Shown here: positions 49,395 through 59,103 of the stretch, piece after piece
How the letters are laid out: every line of letters starts with the position of its first letter
Position numbering within the stretch: position 1 is the stretch's first letter
Source: an uncultured virus (IMG/VR IMGVR_UViG_2711768134_000006)
Lineage: Duplodnaviria; Heunggongvirae; Uroviricota; Caudoviricetes
Reading direction: 5' to 3' (one strand)
Virus record (IMG/VR): IMGVR_UViG_2711768134_000006
Length of the DNA: 64,000 nucleotides
Notes under the pieces: generated by a model
Told to the model about the DNA's origin: nothing
What the model saw: the letters and a program-made list of their open reading frames with translations, nothing else
Databases searched by the model: none
Program-made: the position numbers and the translations under genes

Positions 49395-50224
49395 ATGGAA
49401 AATGAAAAAAGAAATGAAGTATTTTCAAATGAAGAGCTGGGGTAAATGTTAGGACTATAAGTTACGAAGATGGAAGTATAGGTATTAATGCTGAAGATAC
49501 AGCGATTGGATTTGGTTGGTGCAAGATAGAGAAAAAAGGAGAAAAAGAATATAAGTCAGTAAGATGGAAAAGAATGAATGAATTTTCTAAGGAGTTTGGT
49601 TTCGACCACTTGTGGTCGAAAGATGATTACATATCAGAATCACTTTTCTATATGTTAGGTATGAAAGCTAAAAATGAAGCAGCAGTAAAATTTCAAAAAT
49701 GGTTAGCAATAGATATAATTCCAACCATTCGTAAGCATGGAGCTTATATGACTGATACAAAGATAGAAGAAATACTATCTAATCCAGATACAATTATTAA
49801 ATTAGCAACTGACTTAAAAAAAGAGAGAGAAAAGAGAAAAGCTTTAGAAATAACAAATAATAAACAACAACAAATCATAGGTGAACTTAAACCAAAAGCA
49901 GACTATACATATTTGATACTTAGAAATGAAGGATTAGTAACCATAACTCAAATAGCTAAAGATTATGGGATGAGTGGTAAAGCTATGAATAACAAACTGA
50001 ATGAGTTAGGAATACAGTTCAAACAGAGTGGACAATGGTTATTGTATAGTGACCATCAGGCTAAAGGATATACCCATTCTGACACAATAGATATTGTAAG
50101 AGCTGATGGAACACATGATGTTAAGATGAATACTAAATGGACTCAAAAAGGAAGATTAATGATATATAAGAAACTTAAATCAATAGGCATATTGCCTGTC
50201 ATAGAACTTAGTGAAGTTTGCTAG
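49395..50224 (+). pseudogene. Antirepressor (C-terminal ANT/KilAC) frameshifted at a G run
   Basis: MENEKRNEVFSNEELG-stop; one extra G at 49439-42 would join it to VNVRTIS... and the 49574 ORF ending TKWTQKGRLMIY. Confidence 0.75.
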
Positions 50225-50379
50225 GTCGTCTCAAAATACATGTTAAGGTTTAATAAAAAGAATTCAAAGATATAAGATAATATTGATAACTACATAATAA
50301 GAATATTGCTAGAGAGATTAGCATGCAGAATCAATATTATTCTAATCTCTCTAGTTAAAATAAATAGGGAGATGTGTAT

Positions 50380-51165
50380 ATGGAAAATGAAATGAAAGTA
50401 GAAGTCTTTAAAAATGAGCAGTTTGGTGAAATTAGAGTGTTAGAAAAAGGTGGAGAACCTTGGTTTGTGGGAAAAGATGTAGCTGAAATGTTAGGATATT
50501 CCAATTCAAGAGATGCCTTAAAAAAGCATATCGACGAAGAGGATAAGGGGGTAGCGAAATGCGACACCCTTAGAGGAAGACAAATTTTAACAATTATTAA
50601 TGAAAGTGGATTATATAGTTTAATCTTAAGTTCTAAGTTGGCAGAAGCTAAAAAATTCAAAAGATGGGTGACAAATGAAGTATTACCTACAATAAGGAGA
50701 CATGGAGCATACCTGACAGATGATAAGATAGAGGAAATATTATCCAATCCAGATACAATTATAAAACTGGCTACAGAATTAAAAGAAAAGAGAGAAAAAA
50801 TAAAACAATTAGAAACAGAAGTTGTCCATAAAGAAGATGTGATAATTGGATTAGTTGAAGATATAAGTTTAGCAGAGAAAAGACAAAGAATTAATCAGAT
50901 AGTTAAATATAAGGTAGAGCCTAAGAATTTCAGTAAGAGATGGAATTTGTTATATGACGAATTTGAGAAAAAATATCATCTTGATTTGAAAAGAAGAATT
51001 AATAATTGTGATATAAAACCTAAAATTAGAAATAAGATAGATTATATAGATAGAGAAATGAGTATGATTCCTCAATTGTATGAGATAACATGTAAACTGT
51101 TTGAAAATGATGTGGAAGAATTAAAAAATGAATGGATTTCTGTTATAGAAGAAAAAGTTTGTTAG
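50380..51165 (+). CDS. BRO-N antirepressor
   Basis: FGEIR...PWFVGKDVA...INESGLYSLI...FKRWVTNEVLP. Confidence 0.9.
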   Translation: MENEMKVEVFKNEQFGEIRVLEKGGEPWFVGKDVAEMLGYSNSRDALKKHIDEEDKGVAKCDTLRGRQILTIINESGLYSLILSSKLAEAKKFKRWVTNEVLPTIRRHGAYLTDDKIEEILSNPDTIIKLATELKEKREKIKQLETEVVHKEDVIIGLVEDISLAEKRQRINQIVKYKVEPKNFSKRWNLLYDEFEKKYHLDLKRRINNCDIKPKIRNKIDYIDREMSMIPQLYEITCKLFENDVEELKNEWISVIEEKVC

Positions 51166-51293
51166 ATTTAGATGTGACAAATAGTCACTTATGAGATAGC
51201 ATTGATAATTGAATAATAAGGCTAGAGAGATTAGTCTAATATCATTGTTATTCTAATCTCTTAAACTAAATAAAATGAAAAGGAGATTGGAAT

Positions 51294-52007
51294 ATGGGAA
51301 ATTTAATGGTGTTTGAAGGTAAAGAAGTTGAAGTATTTGAGTTTGAAGGAAAGATTTTATTCAATCCTAAACATGTGGCAGAATGTTTAGAGATTTCAGA
51401 TGTTAACAGCAGTATTAGAAAATTTAATGATAATCAGGTAGTTAAACTGACTAATTCAGATATGCACAATATGCATATCCGAAAATTAAATAATGCAGGA
51501 GAGAAATTTCTTACAGAAAGTGGAGTATACAAACTAATATTTAAGTCTAAAAAGAAAGAAGCAGAAAAATTTCAAGATTGGGTAATGGATGAGGTATTGC
51601 CATCTATTCGTAAAACAGGTACATATAATATAAATCAAAATTATCTATTAGAAATGATACAAGGTGGTATTATGGGAGGTCTTAAATCTGTAGCACAATA
51701 TGTAGATGACAGATTTAATGGAATTGAAGAAAGTAATAATCGAAAAATTAATGAGATAGAAAGTCTAATTGGACTTAGAGCCAAGAATGTAACCATGTTA
51801 TCAAAATTATTAAAATTAAAATTGTCTTATATTAGAGGATACAATGTTAAGGCAAATGATTATGATTATAAGGCTACAACAACTAAAATATTCTTCAGAT
51901 ATAATGTGAATAAGTGGGAGGATATACCAGCATCTAAATTTAATGAAGTTTATGACATAATTAATAATTTAGAAAACATTGATGATGTATATACATGGAA
52001 AAATTAG
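51294..52007 (+). CDS. BRO-N antirepressor (ORF6C-like C-terminus)
   Basis: Paralog of 20589..21347. Confidence 0.9.
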   Translation: MGNLMVFEGKEVEVFEFEGKILFNPKHVAECLEISDVNSSIRKFNDNQVVKLTNSDMHNMHIRKLNNAGEKFLTESGVYKLIFKSKKKEAEKFQDWVMDEVLPSIRKTGTYNINQNYLLEMIQGGIMGGLKSVAQYVDDRFNGIEESNNRKINEIESLIGLRAKNVTMLSKLLKLKLSYIRGYNVKANDYDYKATTTKIFFRYNVNKWEDIPASKFNEVYDIINNLENIDDVYTWKN

Positions 52008-52044
52008 AAAATACCCACAGTTGGGGATTTTGGAAATATGACAT

Positions 52045-52113
52045 AAATATAATAAGATTAGTAGCTCTTATAGATTTTTAAATAAAATAAGAGCTACTAA
52101 TCTTATTATATTT
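52045..52113. repeat. 27 bp perfect inverted repeat
   Basis: AAATATAATAAGATTAGTAGCTCTTAT-15 nt-ATAAGAGCTACTAATCTTATTATATTT. Confidence 0.9.
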
Positions 52114-52299
52114 GTAGAATATAGAATATTATATATAAATTTATAAAAAACAAATAAAATGATAAAAAACAAAAATAAATAACATATTATTACATATTTT
52201 TCCATTTTAATTATTTTGAAAAAGTGTTAGAATTTGTATAACAAATAATAATTCCGGAAAGACTTGTTTGAACTTTATAGCAATATTGGAGGTATTATT

Positions 52300-53004
52300 A
52301 TGTTTAAAATAATTATATGTGAAGATGAAGAAATTCAAAGAAAAATAATGTTTGAATATATAGAGATTTTCTTTAAAAAAGATATTGAATATGAAATTAT
52401 TTGTTTTAATAATGGAGAAGAATTAATAAATAATTATATTAAAGCAGATATAATTTTTATGGACATAGGATTTAAAGGTATGAATGGCTTAGAAGCAGCA
52501 AAAGAAATAAGAAAAATAGATAAGGATGTTGTTATAATATTTGCAACAGCTTTCGTATCGTATGCTACAGAAGGTTATGATGTTAGAGCTTTTAGCTATT
52601 TACTAAAACCTATAGCATATAATTCTTTTGAAAAAATAATGTCAAAATATTTCATTGAGAGGTCTGAAGAAAAGAAATTAATAGAATTTAAAATAAAAGA
52701 TGAAACAAAAGTAATAAAATTAGAAGAGATAATATGTATAGAGAGTTTAGGTAAATATATAAAGATTCATACTAAGACTGAAAGTTTTTTTACTGCAATT
52801 AAAATCAAAAGGATTGAAGAGAAACTTTCTAGTAAAATATTCTTTCGATGTCATAAAAGTTTTTTAATAAATTTATTAGAAGTTAGAAATTATAACAGGA
52901 AAGAAGTTATTTTAGGTGATAGAAAGATAAAAGCTACAATTTCTTATAGAAAATATAACAATTTTAAAAAGAGTCTCACTTCTTTTCTATGTGATAGATT
53001 TTGA
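52300..53004 (+). CDS. LytTR-family response regulator (AgrA/VirR-like)
   Basis: CEDE, FMDI, ATAF, LKP receiver motifs; FFRCHKSFLINL. Confidence 0.95.
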   Translation: MFKIIICEDEEIQRKIMFEYIEIFFKKDIEYEIICFNNGEELINNYIKADIIFMDIGFKGMNGLEAAKEIRKIDKDVVIIFATAFVSYATEGYDVRAFSYLLKPIAYNSFEKIMSKYFIERSEEKKLIEFKIKDETKVIKLEEIICIESLGKYIKIHTKTESFFTAIKIKRIEEKLSSKIFFRCHKSFLINLLEVRNYNRKEVILGDRKIKATISYRKYNNFKKSLTSFLCDRF

Positions 53005-53054
53005 ATAAAATAAATTATTTATAATTATAAAATGAATAAAATTATTCTTGAAAT

Positions 53055-53123
53055 TGCGTTTATACCGTTTTCCTATGCGTTCATTCCTTTTCACTTGATT
53101 TTCTACTGAAAAGAAATTATTAT
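53055..53123 (+). promoter_or_regulatory. LytTR boxes and promoter
   Basis: TGCGTTTAT (53055) and TGCGTTCAT (53076) at 21 bp period; TTGATT-17-TATTAT. Confidence 0.65.
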
Positions 53124-53230
53124 ATAATTAAAAGATACGTATCCTATTTAAAAGAGAAACTTATCAAAAATAAATTATTAAAGATAAGTTTCGAGATTAT
53201 TTAGTATTTTTAAGTACATTTTATAGGGGG

Positions 53231-53599
53231 ATGACGTATATGGAAAATTTTAAAAAAGATTTTGTGAAAAGTATGGGTATAATTAAATCATCTGAAATAT
53301 TTCAAGGAAATATATTAGAGAAAAATGAGCAAAGACTTGAGATGATTGAATATACGAAGCGAGATATTAATTTACTGACTAAAATTAAACATCTTTTTGA
53401 AAATATAAATGAATGTAATTTACAAGATGCACAATACATAATAGAAAATGAATTGTTTTATGAAAGAGTTTCAATTCATACAATAAATAAATATATAAAT
53501 AAATTTGGTGATATAAATGATTTTAAATATGCATATAGATTGAAAGCAAAAAACGGGTTTAGGAGGACTATGGATTATTTAGTTAGAAAAAAGCATTAA
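53231..53599 (+). CDS. NGFRRT(M/I)DY paralog family copy 3
   Basis: KAKNGFRRTMDYLVR. Confidence 0.8.
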   Translation: MTYMENFKKDFVKSMGIIKSSEIFQGNILEKNEQRLEMIEYTKRDINLLTKIKHLFENINECNLQDAQYIIENELFYERVSIHTINKYINKFGDINDFKYAYRLKAKNGFRRTMDYLVRKKH

Positions 53600-53745
53600 G
53601 ATAATTAAATTTGTATATATTAGAGGCAATCTAAATTGATTGTCTTTTTTTTATTAAATAATTTATGTTGCAGTTATTTAAATGATGACAGAGATATGAC
53701 AAGGATAATTATAAGCATAAATATTTTGTTTTACATTAAGGAGGT

Positions 53746-54039
53746 GTGAATATGGAGTTAATATTTAAATTTAAGGATGTTCATGAATGTGTAGATTTTA
53801 CTAAGGAGTTTAATCGTATTTATGCAAATAAAGAAAACTTCAAAAATAGATTGTTATTCAATAAAGTCAATATTCCAAAACATTTAATATATAATTATGA
53901 TGATGATATTTGGACTGGAGATATAATTAAAATGGCTAATCAGGCAAAGAAAAATGATTATAGCTTCTTTATGTTTAACAATATAATTTATTTTATAGAT
54001 GATGAATGTATAAGTTATAAGATAGGTTTTAGAGATTAA
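53746..54039 (+). CDS. Hypothetical protein
   Basis: AAGGAGGT RBS, 97 aa. Confidence 0.65.
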   Translation: MNMELIFKFKDVHECVDFTKEFNRIYANKENFKNRLLFNKVNIPKHLIYNYDDDIWTGDIIKMANQAKKNDYSFFMFNNIIYFIDDECISYKIGFRD

Positions 54040-54406
54040 ATTGTAAAATTTATAAGACGTTTATTATTATATTAATATAGATAAGGCGAGTGGCCATAGT
54101 ACACCTTTAAGGTGTGGAGATAGAATAAACCTTTTATTATTATAAGATAATAGAAGGTTTATTCTATTGTAATATAAATATCAAGATGTATTAATAAATA
54201 TTAAAGATAATCAATTTAGATTGTTTTTTAAATTGAATCATTTATGTTGTAGTTATTTCAATGATGACATGTGTATGACAAGTATAAGATACTTGGAAAT
54301 ATTGAAGGACATATAATACTAGATATTATTAAAAGTAATAAATAGTCGTTGCTATTGGCGACTTTGAGAAGTATAATTTTCTTTTATTAATTATGGAGGT
54401 GAAAAT

Positions 54407-54565
54407 ATGAGTCAACATAAAATAAAACCAATTCAGGCAACACCTGAATTATCAGGTAAAGACGCTGAATTATTTATAAGGCAAGTATTCAGTAAACCAA
54501 GTCAAAAGGAAATAGAAAGAAATGAAAGACTTTTAAACATTATAACCTCGTGTAAGACTCTTTAA
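54407..54565 (+). CDS. Small antitoxin-like protein (52 aa, not in ORF track)
   Basis: GGAGGTG RBS; KPIQATPELSGKDAELF resembles proteins found upstream of GNAT toxins. Confidence 0.5.
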   Translation: MSQHKIKPIQATPELSGKDAELFIRQVFSKPSQKEIERNERLLNIITSCKTL

Positions 54566-54848
54566 GGCTTTGCAAAAATTATCACTTGTGTTTATGCCTT
54601 GATTACTTAGAATCGAACATAAGAGGTTAATTTTTATGACTGAAAGTATTAGAATTCCAACAAGTGTTCCTGAGAGGAACATTTTGTTTGGTGTTTAGCT
54701 ACTATAAGAGCTTATTTTAATTTTGAGTGTGATGGGATTGAGGAGCTATTACTTGAGAGTAGATGATTTACTGGAATGGTTTATCATGTGAATTAAATTC
54801 CGTAGCTTCTAACTAGCCTTAAGTTTAAGGGTTACCTATTTATAAAAA

Positions 54849-54960
54849 ATGACAGATAATGAGATTTAATATGTAGTCAAAGATGTAGTAGAAAAAATAG
54901 GATATAAAGATGTATCTGACACCTTGAAAAACATATTGATGAAAAAGTTAAAAATATTAA
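54849..54960 (+). pseudogene. BRO-N remnant
   Basis: VVKDVVEKIGYKDVSDTL / KHIDEK (frameshifted) vs VGKDVAEMLGYSNSRDALKKHIDE. Confidence 0.6.
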
Positions 54961-55197
54961 GGCAGCTTATATAGCTGTCTTTTTTGTATAGAATAAAAAA
55001 GTTTATTATAACAGATAGTTATTATTTTATTAGTGTGTTACCAAGAATAAATTCCTTTTATCTAATATTTATTACAAATAATATATATTTTTATCTAATG
55101 AATGATTTTATATTTTAGTGTAAATTGGTATATTTTACCATTTACACTTGATATAATAAAAAATATAAACTATTTAAATAGAATTAGGGGGAATTGT

Positions 55198-58100
55198 ATG
55201 GAAAAGTATCTTTTTAATCAAAAACTATTAAAAGAAAAATATAATATGGAAATAGACCTAGACTTATATGACTATAAACAAAGACGATTAATTTTAGAAA
55301 AATGGAGAGATATAATTGATAATAAATCTATTGATAAATTAAATGAAATTCAACTTAAGGAAATATTTGTATCGGATATTTTAAACAAAGTTCTTAGGTA
55401 TAAAAGTCTTACGGACAATATAATGGATTATAATATAAAACCAGAAGAAAAAACTAAGATTGATGGAACAAGAGCTGATATTGTACTAGGCTATTTTTCT
55501 AATGAAGAAAGTGACTATAGAGTAGCAATAGAATTAAAAAAACCAACAACTAATTTAGATGCAAAACAACTAAGAAAAAACAATCATAATACACCAGTAG
55601 AACAAGGGTTTTCTTACTTGCCTAAATATGGAAGAAATTGCACATGGCTTATTGTCTCTAACTTCAAGGAAATTAGATTGTATAATGCTAATGATGCTAC
55701 AGAGTATGAATTTTTTTCTATTAAAGATATATATGAAAAAGATGATGTATTTAAAAAATTTTTATATCTTTTGTCATCTAAATCTTTAATGACCAAACAT
55801 GGAAAATCTAGGGTTGAAGTACTTTGGGAAGAGAATATAAAGCAAGAGGAAGCCATAGAAAAAGGTTTTTATGACCTATATAAAAATACTAGATTAAATT
55901 TATTTAATGATATACTTTTAAATAATAAAGATATTTTGGATGTAAAAACTTGTTTAACAAAGACACAAAAAATATTAGATAGAGTTATATTTGTTTGTTT
56001 TGCAGAACATAAAGGATTAATACCAGAGAATATCTTTGAAACATGTATTCAAGTAGGGAAAAAAAGTGTATCTAGGTTTGGAGTCTGGGAACAAGTAAAG
56101 GGTCTGTTTGAATCTATAGATTTAGGTAATCAGGAAAAGGGCATAAATCAATTTAATGGAGGTTTATTTGCAGAAGATTATATTTTGAATAATCTAAAGA
56201 TACCAAATAAATGTTTCGAGAATTTATACAAGTTATCTTTATATGATTTTAACAGTGATTTAAATGAAAATATATTAGGGCATATATTTGAAAAATCTAT
56301 ATCTGACTTAGAAGAACTAAAACTAGAAATAAATCAAGTTAATATTAAGAAAAAAGATAGTAAGAGAAACAAAGATGGGATATTTTATACTCCCAAATAC
56401 ATAACGAAACATATTGTTAATAACACCATAAGAAGATATTTAGATGAGAAGAAAAAAGAATTAGGCGAAGATAAACTTCCAGAACTAAAAGAAGAAGATT
56501 ATGAAACAGTTGTGGTTGGTAGGAATATACAGCATAAGCGTGTACAAGTTGTAGAATATAAAACTGATAAAATTCAAAAATATATAAACTTTTGGAAAAA
56601 TTATAGAGACGTTGTAAAAAATATAAAAATTTTAGACCCAGCTTGTGGAAGTGGAGCTTTTTTGAATGAGGCTTTTTCTATGTTAAAAAAAGAAGCTGAA
56701 TCAGTAAACGAAATACTTCGTGATTTAACCGATGGTGAGATATCATTTTTTGACTTAGATGCTAATATATTAAAAAATAATTTATATGGAGTTGATTTGA
56801 ATGAAGAATCTGTGGAAATAACTAAATTGTCTTTATGGCTTAAAACAGCTAACAAGTATAGTTTATTAACTAGCTTAGATAATAATATAAAATGTGGAAA
56901 TTCTATTATTGATAACAAAGAGGTTGATTGTGCTAAAGCTTTTGATTGGAATGTTGAATTTGAAGATGTAATGATGTCAGGAGGGTTTGATATTATTATT
57001 GGAAATCCTCCATATGTTTCAACTAAAATGATTCCAGAAAAGCACAGAGAATATTATTGGAAAAAATATAAAGATTTACTAATTAGTGAAATGGATTTAT
57101 ATGAATTATTTTTATATGAGTTTTGCGAAAATAAATTAAAGCAAGATGGATTTTTGGGATTTATAACACCTAATACGTATTTCACAAATAAAAGCTTTGA
57201 AAATTTAAGAAAATATTTACTTAAAAATGTATGTGTTGATACTATTTTAGACTTTCCATATAGATTTTTTCCTTTTGAGGATGTAAACAAGGAAACCGCT
57301 ATAATTATAATTAATAAAAAATTGCCGAATATTAAAAATAATATAAATCTTATAAGTATAAATAAAGAAAATATGAAAAAGATTAAGATTTTCAATAGTA
57401 ATACATACAACTCTGAAAATAAAATTACTATAAAAAGTATTATAAATGATTTGGATAATAAAATTGTGATACAAAGCAACCCAATAATATTAAAAATGCT
57501 CAAATGTAAGCATAAATTAGGGGATTATTTAAATTTACATAAAGGTTGGATGAGTGTCCCTAATAAAACAATTTGTGATGGAATTATATATGATAAGAAA
57601 ATATTAAGTAGTAATGATATAAAAGATAATAACCAATTAAATGGAATTTTAAATAAATGTTTGGAAGGTAAGGATATACATAGATACTATATTGATAAAG
57701 TAGATAAATTTGTAAATATTGAAAACATGGATGACAAAACTATGAGGTGGCACAAATCACCTAAGATAATAACACAAAGAATAGTTGGTCAAAATCAAAA
57801 TAAGATAATTGCAACAGTAGATATTGAAGGTACTATAATATTCCCTAGTGGAAATATCATAAATTTAATTAAAGAAGATAATTTGGAAGATATATATTTT
57901 TATATAGGAGTTATAAATTCTAGTTTAATAAATTACTTTTATAATAAATTTTATGGAGAATCAAATACCAACTTGACAGCAGATGCAGTAAAAAATATAC
58001 CAATACCAAATTTAAAAAATGTTGATAAATCAATTATTATAAATAATAGTAAAATACTAATAAATAAATATGGTAAATTATACTTATACACTAATAAATT

Positions 58101-58425
58101 TTTGAAAAATGTATTTAAGATATTGAGCATAGATAATAATCCATCTAATAAATTATATAATTTTTATTTATTAGATTTTGATGAATTTTACAATGAACTT
58201 AGCAAAAAAAAGAAGCTTTATTTTAAGAATATTGATGAGTTAGAGGAATATTTTAATAAGTACAAAGATGCTATTAATAGAATCATATACGATATAAATG
58301 TATGCGAAAATACAATCAATACTTTTGTATATGATTTGTATGGTATAATTGAGCTAGAAAGTAAATCTATAGAAGATATATGTAAGACAACAAAAGACAC
58401 TGTGGTTACAAGTTTAGCTTATTAA
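55198..58425 (+). CDS. Type IIG restriction-modification enzyme (Eco57I-like, m6A MTase fused to nuclease)
   Basis: AD...IELK nuclease, FYTP, LDPACGSGAFL, GNPPY, C-terminal TRD. Confidence 0.9.
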   Translation: MEKYLFNQKLLKEKYNMEIDLDLYDYKQRRLILEKWRDIIDNKSIDKLNEIQLKEIFVSDILNKVLRYKSLTDNIMDYNIKPEEKTKIDGTRADIVLGYFSNEESDYRVAIELKKPTTNLDAKQLRKNNHNTPVEQGFSYLPKYGRNCTWLIVSNFKEIRLYNANDATEYEFFSIKDIYEKDDVFKKFLYLLSSKSLMTKHGKSRVEVLWEENIKQEEAIEKGFYDLYKNTRLNLFNDILLNNKDILDVKTCLTKTQKILDRVIFVCFAEHKGLIPENIFETCIQVGKKSVSRFGVWEQVKGLFESIDLGNQEKGINQFNGGLFAEDYILNNLKIPNKCFENLYKLSLYDFNSDLNENILGHIFEKSISDLEELKLEINQVNIKKKDSKRNKDGIFYTPKYITKHIVNNTIRRYLDEKKKELGEDKLPELKEEDYETVVVGRNIQHKRVQVVEYKTDKIQKYINFWKNYRDVVKNIKILDPACGSGAFLNEAFSMLKKEAESVNEILRDLTDGEISFFDLDANILKNNLYGVDLNEESVEITKLSLWLKTANKYSLLTSLDNNIKCGNSIIDNKEVDCAKAFDWNVEFEDVMMSGGFDIIIGNPPYVSTKMIPEKHREYYWKKYKDLLISEMDLYELFLYEFCENKLKQDGFLGFITPNTYFTNKSFENLRKYLLKNVCVDTILDFPYRFFPFEDVNKETAIIIINKKLPNIKNNINLISINKENMKKIKIFNSNTYNSENKITIKSIINDLDNKIVIQSNPIILKMLKCKHKLGDYLNLHKGWMSVPNKTICDGIIYDKKILSSNDIKDNNQLNGILNKCLEGKDIHRYYIDKVDKFVNIENMDDKTMRWHKSPKIITQRIVGQNQNKIIATVDIEGTIIFPSGNIINLIKEDNLEDIYFYIGVINSSLINYFYNKFYGESNTNLTADAVKNIPIPNLKNVDKSIIINNSKILINKYGKLYLYTNKFLKNVFKILSIDNNPSNKLYNFYLLDFDEFYNELSKKKKLYFKNIDELEEYFNKYKDAINRIIYDINVCENTINTFVYDLYGIIELESKSIEDICKTTKDTVVTSLAY

Positions 58426-58520
58426 TGAACAATTAGAAGGTCTACTTAAAGTAGGCTTTTTTTGTTATAATTCAATGATGACAGAGGTATGACAAGTATA
58501 ATTTAAAAAAGAGGTGTATA

Positions 58521-58970
58521 TTAATTATCCTCTTTTAGTCGTTCATATGCATTATCTATCATTCTCTCTATAGCTTTTCTATCCATTTCATCTAGTTGCA
58601 TATATTTTTTAAGAACTTCTTTGACTTCATTATTGTAATCAGTATTTTCTAAGAATTTATTCATATCTTCTAAAGATTTAATGTCTTTTTTCCCATCAAG
58701 TATATCATAGATGGAATTATCTTCACATACGATTGATGGCATACCAGGTATATTTGCACTGACTGAATAGTTGGTTTTTGTATGACCTAAAAGATAATCT
58801 GTAGTGACATTAAAGTATTCAGCTAGTTTAACTATAGACTCTGCTGGTGGAGTTCTTTGGTCGTTTTCATACATACCTATAGTGCTTTGTGATACATTTA
58901 ATATTTCAGCTAATTCATGTTGCTTTAATCCAAACTTAATTCTAAGTTTTTTTAATCTTTCTCCAAACAT
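58521..58970 (-). CDS. Xre-family repressor
   Basis: FGERLKKLR...QSTIGMYE...TDYLLG. Confidence 0.95.
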   Translation of the reverse strand: MFGERLKKLRIKFGLKQHELAEILNVSQSTIGMYENDQRTPPAESIVKLAEYFNVTTDYLLGHTKTNYSVSANIPGMPSIVCEDNSIYDILDGKKDIKSLEDMNKFLENTDYNNEVKEVLKKYMQLDEMDRKAIERMIDNAYERLKEDN

Positions 58971-59002
58971 TTTTCACCTCCAAGATATCTTTATAATTAT
59001 TA

Positions 59003-59103
59003 TACCACATAAAGTAATAAAATATTATACTTGACATTACATTATGTGGAGTGTATTATAAAAATATAAATTACTTTAAGTGATAAAATTACTTTTAGTA
59101 ATT
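59003..59103. promoter_or_regulatory. Divergent promoter region with four operator-like repeats
   Basis: TTGACA(59031)-17-TATTAT; ATTACWTTWWGTRR-like units at ~59003 (inverted), 59036, 59070, 59087. Confidence 0.65.

Noticed and set aside
54540..54840. IS200/IS605 or omega-RNA remnant
   Set aside because: No recognisable transposase or TnpB frame and no convincing ends
55102..55197. Upstream N-terminal extensions in the ORF track (also 7203, 15002, 29252, 35685, 60279)
   Set aside because: Better RBS or family start found downstream; starts were trimmed
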